From Hydrolagus affinis (lineage: Eukaryota), in assembly GCA_012026655.1 (NCBI GenBank), contig JAAILG010000714.1, positions 1 to 64,000 of the forward strand: 64,000 nucleotides of DNA, read 5' to 3'. How positions within the stretch are numbered: position 1 is the first letter of the stretch; the number at the start of each line of letters is the position of its first letter. This document shows positions 11,017-25,000 of the stretch, piece after piece. A program made the translations under genes and the position numbers. The notes beneath the pieces were generated by a model. It made no database searches. It was not told the origin of the DNA and saw nothing but the letters and a program-made list of their open reading frames with translations.

Positions 11017-12967
11017 ATCCCTTCAATTGGCACCAAATGGGCTGAACCACCTAAGAAAATCTTTCTAAGACTGAAAATGACCTTCTCTAAAGCCTGGAGC
11101 AATTAAGAGACTTTGAGCATCACCAACAATGTTCCTCCGATGTGAAAGGGTGTTTTACGTCTTGCCACAACAGTTCTAAGCCAATAGTTCAGGAACACAG
11201 CCTTGAGCAAGGATGGGGAATCTGTGCAATGAGTTGTGAAAAAAAATGTATCCAGTAATTTAATAAAACATATTGGTGGACCAGTGTTCAACGATGACCA
11301 AACTTTCAGTCACATTAACCCCATAAACATCCCCAACAAGTGTACAACGAAAACAACCTGCAACAACTTGGACGGCGCCTCGGAGAACTTGCACCACTCT
11401 AACTCAATGATTGCCTCAGCAGGACTCGCTGCTTGAGCAAGTTCTGATGCCAGTGTGTAAATCAGTGTTTGTACCTTTAACCTTCTTACAGTTCATGCTG
11501 CAGTTTGGAATTCTGGAATTGAATCTGCACTAAACTCCCTGCTAGAACATTGGGTGAGTCAACTGGGTCACATAGGCTTTGGGGTGTGCTAAACTATGGG
11601 GCTTGCAATTTATTCAGCAAGATTCATATTGAAAAACACACTGAAAATCAAACGTTAAAATAAGCCCTTTAAATGGAGTGCGCATTGCATTGACCGGCAG
11701 TCGACCATTAATTTTGAAATGCACCCTGGATAAAGAAGCAATACATGCAATGAAATTTCAGAATTTGTATCTGCAGGGGCTGTTTCCAGCGCCTCGGGAC
11801 ATCCTCCCAACGTGAAAGGCGCTTTATAAACGTAATGTTGTTGTTGTTTATGAAGAGGGGCAGAGGGAGAATAAAATATATTCACTGGGCGAGTTGTGAA
11901 CTTGGGCGAGTTGCGAACTTGCTCAGAGAAGCAGAAGTGGGTGATCGGACGTGGCTATTGCCAAACATGTTGATGCTTAGGAATCTTGATATGTTTGATA
12001 TTTCCCATAACAGCAGCTGTCGGTTGGTGGAGTAATCTGGGAAAGCGGTAGGGGCTGAAATGTCAGGAGATTGACGATGCCAACAGCAAATGTGGAAGTT
12101 ATTTATATATCAAGCCGAGGCCGAGGGGGAGCAAAAAGGGGGGCGCGGGTGGTGGCATAAAGAGAGGGTGTGTTGGAATACATTAGTCGCCTGCAGAGTT
12201 AACCATCTACTATTAAATGCCATTGTAAAATTAAATTTGTTTGCATTTATTATCTCTGTTCCCAAGTACATCAAAAGATTGTCCAAGCCCCAATCAATCC
12301 TCCATTAAACTTCTTCCTGTTACTTTACTGCAAATTAATCTTACTTCTCCATTATTTTGTGCTGTTGTTCTGTTCGTCAAGTATCTGCGGAGTTGGTTAG
12401 GATCATCTTAAATCCCTCCCCAACCCCCGCCACACTGTTTTGGAAGATTATTTGCTTTGTAGAAAGTATTGTATGATTTATGATTTCCCGAAGCCTGCGT
12501 CTCACATTCAGATTACAAGGTTATTAGTGTAAACAGTGTCATCACGGGCTGATTATACTGTGGCTTCTGCAGCACGTCTAACTATAGCTCCTCCAGCAGC
12601 GGATTCTTCCTTTCCCACAATCCACTCGTAGTCTTCGGCAGATCAATTGTGGTGACGCTTCCAATAGAGGAGAACCCAGTGGAGGTCGGGTTCCCGGGTA
12701 CAACAGAGCAGGCAGTCACCGGCCAGCCAACCACAGGCTGGAGGACTGGACAGTTTGAAAGTCAGCCTGGGATTCTGACTTCAGCGGCAAGGTACAATGC
12801 ACGGACACTCTCAGACTGCGAGACAACAGCAAACGGTGTGGCGTCCGAAGGCAGCGGCTGTCACTCCTTGCTGCGAGCTGGGACCCTGAGTGCTTTCTTT
12901 ACAGTTCTATATTTATCGCGTGCGAAAAGGACACACCCGCAGGCTTTGCTGAGCAAGGCTTTTCAAA

Positions 12968-13099
12968 ATGATGATCAAGGAAACGTCTCTGCGGAGGGAC
13001 CCCGACCTGCGAGGGGAACTGGCTTTCCTCGCCCGGGGATGTGATTCTGTTCTGCCGTCGCGTTTCAAGAAGAGGTTGAAATCTTTCCAGCAGGCACAG
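12968..13099 (+). CDS. PPP2R3A: PPP2R3A PR72-specific first coding exon
   Basis: Translates [44 protein letters not shown], nearly identical to the mammalian PR72 N-terminus. Donor CAG|GTTCGA, phase 0. Confidence 0.93.
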
Positions 13100-16000
13100 G
13101 TTCGAAACGATAGGACCTTAACGCTTGCTTTGCGGTCTGGTTAAGCAGTGTGCTCTTTGCTTGTGGCTGTCAGCTGTCTTTGGAGGCATTCATTGCATGA
13201 TTTGCACTTGTATCAACAGGTATATAAATAGGACTCCCCAAGATCTAGCCGGGAAAAAAAAAGCCCGAGTGTGATACATCCTTTGGGAGGGAGGGAAGGG
13301 AATGTAGGAAACGCTGGCTACAGCCACTAGTTGTTTTAAAAAAATAATAGAAAACGTTTTGTAACTTTTAAAAAAAAAAAAACCTTTAAATGTGTGTCAA
13401 CTAATCTTCGAGGTCAGGTCAGGTTGATGACTAAAATTTCTGAAATCTCTAGATTGGTACCGTTGCTTTCTTTCACACATAGCTTTGAATTAACAGAGTA
13501 AAAAGATTAACTTAGTCCATATTTCATGCATTGGCGCCTTTCCATCCACCCCCCACCTCCCCCACCTCTCTACTGCCCAGAATGGGATCCACACAAGTTA
13601 TTCCTCAAAAATAGTCGAGGCTGATTTTAAACCAAATGCCTTGAGTTTTAAAATGAAAATAATTAAAGAGAAAAATTTATAGAATTTCCCAATTGTGTTG
13701 GGAAATTTGTTACCGACTGTCAAACCCTTTGCCGGCTGGTAAACAGTAAGCAAGACTGAGAAGTCCGTATGTTGACTTTTGCTGCCACAGATTTCAGTCG
13801 GTTAACATTGTTGATCCATTCCACGTTTGCAATTTACTTCAACGCTATAAAACCCCATGTAACTGAGAAGAACAATGACTGTTTTTGATATCTGGATTGC
13901 AGTCTGTTTGAATCCAAAACATAGATATGTGCAGATGGAATTATTATGCCATTAAAAAAAATTACGCTTTGAAATAGTATATCATAAGAAAAAAAGTACA
14001 GCATTTAGATAGAAACTTCCCACTGAAGCAGCATCCCAACTTAGTAACCAACAGTACAAAATAGCTTTTTAAGTTTTGTAACAGTTGACAGTATTGAATA
14101 TAATAATCATAATCCTTGCATTTGCTATAACGCCTTATCATGTCTTCGAGATGTGTCAAAGCACTTCACGGAATATACTGTAAAGTGAATTTGACATGTG
14201 TATTTTGTGGGTGAAACATGGCAGCCAATTGCGCACAGCAATGTCCCACAAACAGTCGTGGATTGAGTGCCTTTTTTTTTAATGCAGATCACATGTGCAG
14301 ACTTCATTAGAAATGATTTATTGATTCTAATCTCGGCATTTTGACTGATATGGATTCTTTTTCCAATTTGAAAATCTTGGTTTCCAAAATATGATCCTTG
14401 TTTGCTTTGAAAGGTTAATGTTTCCCGCCGACCAGAAAAGGACACAATACACTATGGGGGAACACTAGATTATATGTACACCGATTGGTGCCCTGGGACA
14501 TGTATCCAATGTCAACTGTCTACTGTATGTCATGCAGCGAGACTCAGTTCAGTTCATTATTGAGTCCAGTTGATTTGCAGTGTGGTGCGGATAAGTCAGT
14601 GCCGAGACCTTCAGAGGTTCAAGTTAACAGCAAAATGCCTTTGACCTTACATTGATACCCAGCATGGGTATGTAGCTGAGACGTCAGCTTACACAATTCG
14701 CATTTCCCAACATTTGTGTCAAGCCTTGACTTCCCTCTATTAAAATCAGCTGGGTTCCATTCAGTTCGCGCATGTGATCTCCCATCCCCATAATTACACT
14801 TCATGTTGAAAATCACTACAATAAGAATTATCAGGGCTATTTTCTGCGAGCTGCTCGTTGTGAATTTGCAAATACAACGCACTTTCAATGTGTTCACAAC
14901 ACTGTTCGCTACGTGAATGGGATAATAGAGCAGAGTGTATATAAACAGGGGAGAAAGTATTCTAACACACTTATAGCGAAGATTTGTCAAAAGACTCGAT
15001 TTTACCATACCCATCCTCTTATGAAGGTTGTGCCATATGCTGGTGTTAGCTCAGCTAGACATGATCAGCCATTCCATCATATTTGAGCTTCACAAGACAA
15101 TTCAACAACAACAACAAAATTCAATTGAGTCTGACACTAAATTAATAACCAGCAATTGGTGTTCTGGGAAAAACAGCCTCCACACACACACATAGACACA
15201 CACACACACACAAACACACACATTTTGCATGGGCATTAAGACATAACGTTTAAAGGAGGCAGGAGGTGGGTGATGGGGTGGGTGTGGGTGGGGAAAGCAA
15301 AGTAACAGAAAGTTTATAGCGTTAGTGCGAAACATCTGCCGATTTCTGATTTACAATTCAGTGCAACATGTCACAGCTAAATGCAGTGGTCATCATTTCA
15401 CGTTCCAATACATTTCATTTGGGTCCTTGATTTTTCGATCCAGTTCCAACTCCCGCCCCCTCCCCCCACCCGTGTAGTTAATATAAATAAAATTTGGTCC
15501 TTTCAACCTTGTTTTAACTGGAAAAGACCTCTGGTCCCGTTATGTAAACCAAATAAGATTCAGCATATCATGTACCTCATCATTTAATGTAAATATTACC
15601 ATCTAAACACATCAGGTTGGTGTGACAGCTTAACAGTGACACAAAACAGGTGCAACATTCTGCCCATAACTGGAACTGAATTTGCCCATGGACACAGGGT
15701 AAAGGCACCAACCAGAATTCCTGCATTAGATTAAGGTGAAAATATTTATAAAATCCTCTTAACTACTTAACTGTGCTGGAAGTTAATATACACACACTCA
15801 GGTTTTTTTTTCCATAAGGTTTTAAACAGAATAAATCAACTAAATACAATCCCTTCAACAGCAATATTGAAGCAAAGCTAGTTTTCCAAAAGAAAACAAG
15901 TGTGAACTGTGTTTCTAACACCAAGCACATCATATCAGATACTTGCAATGTTCAAAATGATTTTGAGAGAGGAGCCTGCTTTCTCCCAGTAATTATAATG

Positions 16001-19000
16001 AGTATTATATCAAGATACATTAAGTTTATTTTGGTACTGCGTTCAAACAAAAATAGTCATCGACCTTCAACTCCTGTATATGATCCTTAATATGTGCTTC
16101 CTAACCTGAGCCGCCCCTCCGTGTAACCGGAAGCCGAAATGTGAACATTGGTTCTTAAAAGGCAATCGTAAATGCAAAAAGGTTTTCGATGAATCATTTA
16201 TCTCTGGTTATCAAACCCTGTACTGCGAGTGCTTTCTATAATAGCTCGGGGACACATCAGTGTTCAGTTGCATGGGATATCGTTACAATGAAAATTAACT
16301 ACAGCTGTCGGACTTCCAGTTGTTCTGCCTTCCCCAGTGAGCAAGGCAGAGAAGGTACAAAGGCATCAAACATAATTGCTGAGTTCGAGTTAGATTGACA
16401 TGAACATTTTACTGAAACCTCTCGTTTCAACTCTGTTGGTGATTGTTCCAACCGCACACAGAACTACAGCAAGGAAACAGGCCATTCAGTCCAACTAGTC
16501 CACACCGGTATTTATACTCCGCAAGGGTCTCCAACCCTTCTAATTCCCTCTTCCATATCTCTTCCCTTCTCCCTCATGCACGCATCAAGTTTCACATGTG
16601 TCAACTGAGTGGCTGATGGTAGCGTTTTTCTGAATCAAAAGTCTTATTACTGAACTGCTCAGGGAGGAGGGAAACGAAGATGTTAGTTCCATCATCAACC
16701 CATGCGTGATCAGATCCTGGAGTGGTTAAGACCCACAGTGTATAGCAAACACGGGCACCTAGTTCACAGGAATGTTTGTTCACCGCACTGTCAACCAAGA
16801 AATATCCCAGACAACGCTGCTGTCGTTTTCACCAACAAAATCAGAATTCTTCTCTACATTTCACTTCCCACCAGAGAGATAGAGAAGGGGTGCCCCCAAA
16901 ACGTGCAGTTCAATTGCAAATCAGTGCTTGCCAATGCTTCACTCAGTCACTTCCAAAGTGAGAACCTTTCCGTAAATGGAGATGACACGCTTAACACGTC
17001 AAGGTCTTTAAGACGCAATTTACTGTACTATGTAAATTAATCTGCCCCATTAGGTGACCATTTATGTCCAGTGTAACACTGACCCACACAGATTAAAAGA
17101 TCGCAGGCAGGATCCCCAGTCTGTCAATTGACCTAATCAGGGAGCGCGATGGGCTTGATGTAGTTTACCTCAGCACATCTAACACAGGGCCCCCGAGATC
17201 AACTCTACAACAACAACATCACATTTATAGAGCGCCTTTCACATCGGGAGGACACAATTCTAGTGCGAGACGGGGCCGAGATCAGACCAGAACATTCCCA
17301 GGCTGCCTGTATCGGGTATATTCAGCTTTCAGTACTCTTGCTCCCCAATAATTTCAAAGGAACACCTGATGATTATACTAGAACTATTTTTAAACCCAGA
17401 GAGTATAATATTTACAGAGTTAACCTAAATAAACTTTGGTTACTTTCTTTTCCTTGTCTTGGTCTTTTTCATCTTTATTTTTCTTCAAAAAATTTGTTGA
17501 AACCAAAGTATTTAATGTTTATATACATTGTATTATGAATTATAAAACACCTCTAGACATTAACAGTCAGTGGCAGTTCTTTAAGGCACCTTCAGTCTCA
17601 GAATATGATACAAGATGCCTTAATCAAAGAAGCCAATGCAACAGATCTGGAAACGACAACTGGGCTAATCCAAAATAACCTCTTCCCTAAAGACAAAATC
17701 ACTGGGGGTTTTGTTCTTATGTGGAGTCACACTGAAGAATTTTAACTCTTTGGAAGACTGCACTGATTTAAAAAAGATTCTGTGAGAGCCTAGTATTTTC
17801 AGCTCTTTATAGAATTGCTTGACTTTCTTAAAACGTGGTTTAATTTGAAATATTTATGCCCCCAAATTCTTTCAGACAGTACAGAGCAGCCTGAAATTAT
17901 TAACCTTATGATATTGTTGCACACGTCTTTAGTATTTATACATGGGTTATAATGGTGTCCCCGGAAGACACTGGAAAGGCAAAATCAAAAGCTTTAATCA
18001 TCGAAATTCATCATTGTGTAGAATAATGAAAGCTTTCTAAACCAGTTTAAAGAGAGATTCACTATCAGAAATCTACAAAAAAAATGGTGAGTTAATTTCT
18101 CTCAAACAGGCAAACATTAAATGTTTTTCTTAAAAACAGGAACAGAGTTCAGTAATTTGAGAATCAGAATATAATGTATTACACCAAGATTGTGATATGT
18201 AGGAAAAAGACAAACTTTACTGTGTTTGAGAAATCCACGGATCTAGTTTAGTTTAAAAGTCTCAAAGCCCTTTTATAAATCATTACCTCACTCTTAACCC
18301 GTGAAGAGAGACATTTAATAATGTCAGAATCCATTATCAAACCACTGAGACAAGCCTGGAACCTACACTCCATTCTCAACTGTTCTCACACTTAATCCAT
18401 TCATAAAATGCTAATGCAGTGGTTTTCGGGAAATATTGCTAAGTAGATATGAGTCATTTGTAATTCCATAATGAATTGCTTTGATTGAAAGTCGTGCCTT
18501 GGGACGTCCTCCCGATGTGACAGGCACTCTATAAATGTAATTTTGTTGTTGTCGTTTTAGATACAAGCCACATTACGCAACCTGCAGTGTGTACTTGAGT
18601 GGACTGATCCACTTTCTCCCCCAGCACAGAACTATAAAGCATTCAGGATTCATGAAGCATTCTTGAAATGGAGGCAATGCAGTTCAGTTAGTGTTCTAAT
18701 AAATATCACACACAAACACCATTTTACCAGACAGGGGAATACAGAACCTTGGATTCTGATGGTTTCTGGATCATCTGGCGTTGATGTGTACCAAATGATA
18801 AATCCATGGGAGTCTTAAGTGAACTAGAAGTCATAGCTCTGCATAATTACACGAGTCACACAGTGCCTGGCTATTTGCAGCGTTTGGGCCTCATCCACCA
18901 GAGCATTCATAGCAAAATATAACATCAGTACGATATATGCCAATTGTGTCATCAAGGCTTTAAATTGGAGAAACATGTTGAAGCTGGGAAACAATATGGA

Positions 19001-22000
19001 ACAGCTGTTGGAGAAAATGTAACTCATTGAAACCTAACTGGTTGTCAGTAGCATTTTTACCTTTAGAATACCTTGTAAAATAGATAGCCTTAAAGGAGCA
19101 AATTCTTAGAGAAAATCTCACTTCTTTTTTTATTCGTACAATAATAATCCTTGCATTTGATATATCGTGCCTTTGAGATTTCTCAAAGCGTTTCAAAGCG
19201 TTTCACAGAATTGACTGTATATTTTGGGGCGAAATGCGGCAGCCAATTACACACTATATACTGTACCTGAAAAATAGTTTAAACACCTCACACAAATGAA
19301 ATGTTTTTCCTGGTTTGGTAATAGTCTAGGCTGAAGTAAGATATGAAACAACAAATACACCTTTATGGGCGTAGAAAAGAGAAATTAAAAAAAAAAGAAA
19401 TTTGCTATTCCGAAAACCCAACAAATTAGTCTAAAGAAGTCCAAAACCATCTCTGTAAACCACAACAAAATTACATTTATAGAGAGCCCTTCACGTTGGG
19501 AGGATGTCTCAATGCGTTGGTTATTATACAATATAATAATAATCCATGCATTTGATATGGCACCTTATCATACCTTTGAGGCTTCTCAAAGCGCTTCACA
19601 GAAATATACTGTAAAGTGAATTTTAACTTTTGCCAAGGCAATACAGATCTGATGTGGTAAACCACTAAGTTATATTACCTAACAGCTTGGTGGAAGTTGA
19701 CGTTGCAAAATGAAATTTCAAAAGAGACCTTGAAGAAGGTTTTGGAAGATAAGACTGCTAGTTGCATATAAACTGTGAAAGGGAATGTGTGTGTATATGC
19801 AGTCATATGTATCTATCAATCTTACATAAGGGTCAGATCAAGAAGACCCTTTGACAGTGTTGATGGCTGTTAATTGCTAAAAAAAAACAAGGTATTAAAA
19901 GCTACCGTAAAGTTAAAGTGTGTAAAAATAGTTATTTCCCCTTTCTGTATTATAAGTAATGTTGTTCATCTAAGTGGGGTGGGGGGTGGGGGTGGGGGGT
20001 GGGGAAGTAAGAAGTAATAAGCAATAACAGAGTTGGGGAGTTCACGTTATCTGAGAGTCATGTACATATTTAGAACCGTGGATAATGGACATTTTGCCGA
20101 TGAAAATAGAGAAAGTAAAAAGGTTGCAAGTGACAAAGAGAAACTTTGGAGACAGAGAGATTTCAGATCAGAGGTGAGAGAATTACACTTTACCCATTTT
20201 GTGTGGTCATGAGATGCTAGAAGCCTTGGGACGTCCTCCCTGTGTGAAGGGTGTGATACAAGTGTCATTTGTTGTTGTAAAAGATATGGGATTAGTATTT
20301 AAAGCTGGTTGTAATTGCATTGACGGTCTTCTTCTTGAGGTGTCAATGACATTGATATCGGACTAGGACAACATATTGTGTGTGCATGTTCATGACTACA
20401 GCAACTCAGAACAATTGTACTGTAATATGCCCTGCCACTTTGATATGTTCTATCAACTTGGGTGGGGTTGATTGGAGTTTCTCATGTGTGACTATTGGGA
20501 ACCTTGAAGAGGAACCAACGTTTATTTCGCAGAAGAAATTTATTTTAGCGAACGTCACCAAAAATGCAAGGCATTAGATTCTCTTTTCAATGAACCAGCA
20601 GCTTCCACAGTGCTCACACACTTCTCCAGGGCAACAGCACAATTCTCTTTGCTTTGTTAAAACCGTTTTTGACACGTCTGTCTATGCCTTATTGCAAGAA
20701 CAAATAATAGGAAACCTGCGCAGACAAAGCAAGCCTCACCACCCCAGCGGGTAATCGTTTTGGAGTTAAAATTGAAAGCACAAGTTTATTAAAAGTTGAC
20801 AATCTGGGAATATCACATTTTTGACTGCATTAACATCAGTGTATGTGTAAAATAGCCTGCTTTCTTACAGCAGTAATATTTCTTCAGTTGATTTAACAGC
20901 ACCATCGATAAAATTAAAAAATGCCTCAAGTTTGTTTTTTGCGCTGGGGTTGCTTATGATTGGATCGTATTGTCTTTATTTTGTGTTTTCTCTGTGCGTT
21001 TAAATAGCCTGCGAGTTCGGTGAATTGCAATTCAGTGCAGGCATCACTGGGGCGTACTGAGGACCTGAGGGGGAAGGGAGGTCTTGCCTTCTTTGTTCAC
21101 TCTATCCTCGGCAAAGAATGGAGCGGAGACTGATGCTGTGGTAGGGACAGTTAAAGGCAGTTAAAGTCTTTACCCAAACTGTAAAGTAACATCATTTTGT
21201 TTGTGTCCGTGGCCGGTACCTATGGCTTTTATTTTATTCTTAACCCTTTGAGGATCAAGTAGCAATTCTGCACCAAGAAGAAAGAGGAACGAGCAGCTCA
21301 CCCGATTGCAATGCTTTTTCAGCCCGTCCCCAGAATAGTCAGTGGTTCCGTGTATCTGGCTCGTGACTCCTTATGAAAATGTTTGCCTTTAAAAATTTAC
21401 AGAGAATCATTTTTTGCGGATGTTATACGAAAGAAAAAAGGTGCGTAGAGCTTTTTAAAATCCGAAAACTTCCTTTTAGTTCTCAAGGGTTTTTTTTTTT
21501 TCGGAATGAGAGCTGAATGACACCGCGGAATTCACTCATATGTGTTGTGAAGTGAAACAAAATACTGTACTGTGTTTGGTTATATTCTACTTGCGATACA
21601 ATTTTTCAGAGATTGAGATGAATTTTTCATAGGAAAATAGCCTTAGACTTAAATGATTTACTGATTTAAATACTGCAAATCCTGTAATACTGATGTTTGA
21701 TTTTGTAAGCACAAATTGACATTTTAAAGATTGTATGGTAATGTATTAGTAACTCACTGATCATTTATATTTTTAATTCCATTCCATTTATTTCTCCATT
21801 TAAAAAAAGTAAGAGAGAGAACCCCTTCAGCTTCCCTTAACCCCAAATTATAGATGTATCCTATAACTGTCAGTTATAAAGCCAGTGAACTCTGTTGTTG
21901 TTGTTGTGATGGAGTGCTTTGAGTGAATTTCTTTAGGATTTAATCATCAACGTCCGACGAGGTCACAGGTTTCCTGAAATCAGGTCACTTTCAGTCCATA

Positions 22001-25000
22001 GACATGATGAGCAAATGAATGTGGTATAACTTGCGTCATTTCATCAGAGAACAAACAAACAGAAAATGGTTTGACAGACACTTTGGCATACTGAAGATAC
22101 TGCTTCTTTAATTACTTTTGATTTGCAGTGCAAACTACATTGTAACCTACCTTTACTATCTCCATTAAAATATTTCAGCACAGAAATTTAACGTGCAATA
22201 TTAAACTGACTAACCATTACAGAAGCCCTTTCCAAAATAGAAATAAAATCTTTTATTGGGTATAAATTGAATAATGCCCAGTTAACTCGGGGCACTTGCC
22301 CAATCTCATTGAGACCTGCGTGGACTGTGTACAATTTGTTACATAGCAACCAAGATGAGCTGAATGGCGTCCTTCTGTGCTGTAAATGTTTTGTAACTCT
22401 ACAATTTAAAAGACTTGCATTCAATGTCATGATATCTTAACAGGAGAGTTTGGAATGTTAATCGAAATTGGGAGGGTGGGGGAGGAGTGTGTGAGATGGT
22501 CCAAGAACAAGGTTATATTCTGAGAGTGAATTAATTTTGTCTGTTTGCATATCAAAACAATTCAACACTTCTTTTTCATTTTAAGCTGTGTGCAATTGGC
22601 TGCCGTGTTTCGCCTACAAAATATACTGTCAATTCACTCGAAAGTACATTCTGTGAAGTGCTTTGAGACATCTCAAAGATGTGATATATTCAAATCCTAG
22701 GTTTATTATTAAGTTTTAAAAGAAAACTCGCTCCAAAGAGTATGAGTCACTCAGTATTGGTTCAGTCAGTAACTCCCAATGTAGAAGTGAAGTAGCCTAC
22801 AAAAACCAGAGGATTTTACTCTGATGGGCACTATAATGTTATACAGCCAGCTCAGATTATCAACATTACAATACAGTCACATGTAGCTTGAGCTATTGTA
22901 GAAATCAAAACATCTGGCCGTGTATTCGGTAAACCACTTCAGTATTTGTACATTGTACAAATCTATTGCTTTTCTTTCTAATGTAGATCTTCAACCAAAA
23001 ACAAATACTGAAAGGAGGAAAAGTCATCACATTACTGAAGTGGTAGTATTTTGTACATTTTGCTGTGAGATATCACACTACATCATGTCAAAATGTACTT
23101 GAGAATATCCTTTGAAGTGGATTTCAAAATAACAGAATTAACAAACCAAGGAATGGAAATAATAAGAAAAGCAGAACATCCCAGTGAGCCTCAACTTCAC
23201 ACTGCACTGCAACTTCCACTAACACTAATCTGTACAAATATCTAACCATTTAAAGATTCCCTTGAACTAATAATGGAAGATAGTTAAATACTGTAATCAG
23301 CAGACAGTGGCCAGTACCGAGAGGTGAAAGTCACTTCTCTTTCTTCTTTCCCCCTAATTCCCATGTTTCTTTTTATTGTGATAGAAGTTGCTAACAGAAT
23401 TTTAAAGAGTAATATTTTCTTCATCTGGTGCTGCTAATATTTTTGAGCAGCGCTAGAGAGTTCGTTGCCGATCAAGTGATAATCCGTGTGTCCGTGGAAC
23501 TGGTGGGTTGAACACTTGTCAGTTACACAGCGTGTGAAAGCGCTGTGACACCCTGAGTACAGAGAGTGTAACAATCTCTACTGCCAGAAGAATTTCTGTT
23601 TCAAGCATCTGACCAAAGAGAGAGAATCCGGTAATGGAGGTTTTTATTCACTGCCCACCCCCCCCCCCAACCAGCAAATGCACTTTCTCAAATTAAGATT
23701 TTTTTTAAAAAAATGAAATAAAGTACAACTTGCTGGGAAACCTGAAATAAAAACAGAAAATGCTGGAAAAAAACCAATCAGCATCCAAAAGAGAACAGCG
23801 GTTTAATGTATTAGCTCTGACCCCTCATTGGAAACCTTTCAAGATGCTTTTTTCTGGCAGACACCAGGAAGTCTCGTTAGCTCAGCCTTATATCTGCTTT
23901 CTGTTCCATGTAGAATAATGCTTTCATGGAATTTATGTGACATGTTCTATTGTGCTTATAACAGGTCCAAAGCAATAAAGAGAAGAAACCCGGAACTCCA
24001 CCTCCTGCTGTGACTAACACTGCTCCCAGTCCTCTTCCCCCTTCAAATAAGGTTGTTGTCAGTACTCCCGCATCTGTAAACATTCCACGCTTCTACTTCC
24101 CTAAAGGACTTCCAAACGCTAACAATGACCACGCTGAGACCGTTGTCAAGATTCAAGCAGCCTTCTCAGAGTTTGAGGATGAAAATGCTGATATTTATGA
24201 AATGGGCAAAATCGCAAAGGTATGAAACTTTAATCGCAGGAGTTGAATGAATCTCAACGCCGGGAGCTTGCTGTAGACTGGGAAAAAAAAAGCTCCGGAA
24301 ATATTTTTTTTTAGTAAAAATATATCATGCGCTATCATTACATGAAATCAAGTTGTCAATTTAAAGAACAGTGACTAAAAATAGTTTTTCCACCATAATT
24401 AGTGTAGACGGCTGCCAATGGGAGACAAAATTATGGGTACATGATGCCTAGCTACTGACGGTTCAGCAGCATCTTACATAAATATATCACTTCGCTTCTT
24501 TTGTATTGAGTACTGTAAGTCTAGTACAGTATATATCAAAATTCTGAACCAATTTACGTTTCAGTGTAACAAAAACAGAGACCTGGGAAAACTCAGCAGG
24601 TCAGAAACCGAAACGTTGACTCACTTTCCTTTCTCCATAGAATCTGCCTGACTTGTTGAGTTTTCCCAGCTCTCTGTTTTTATTTCAGATTTCCAGCATC
24701 TGCAGTATTTTGCAACTTGTTTATTTTTCGGTGACCTTTTCTGTAGTTGCGCACCTTCAATGTCAGCTCCTCAACATCATTAAGACCAGTTAGCATTACT
24801 AGATTGTCCTTCCTGCTTTTATTCTTTCTCACGCCGATACTGAAGTGCATTTCTTCTTTTTTTGGGGTTTAAAAAAAAAGGCTTGTGGCTGTCCTTTATA
24901 TTGGAAAGCCCCCATGTTTATTTCTGCTGGTGGAGAAAGGACAGGATGCGCGTCTGTGCAATCGTTTGTGGCAACGTGGAGAAAGTGAGTATGAAAATTC

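Noticed and set aside
11887-11921. Short tandem duplications (gggcgagttgYgaactt x2; also 4832-4875, 19186-19204, 54526-54561)
   Set aside because: Two-unit local slippage duplications with no regular repeat-spacer array, so not CRISPR-like and no evidence of function.
1-12900. PR130-specific large exon of PPP2R3A
   Set aside because: No long ORF is present here; the exon presumably lies upstream of the window.
12649-13044. 131-aa ORF overlapping the PR72 first exon
   Set aside because: GTG start, a different frame from the conserved PR72 peptide, and no homology recognised.
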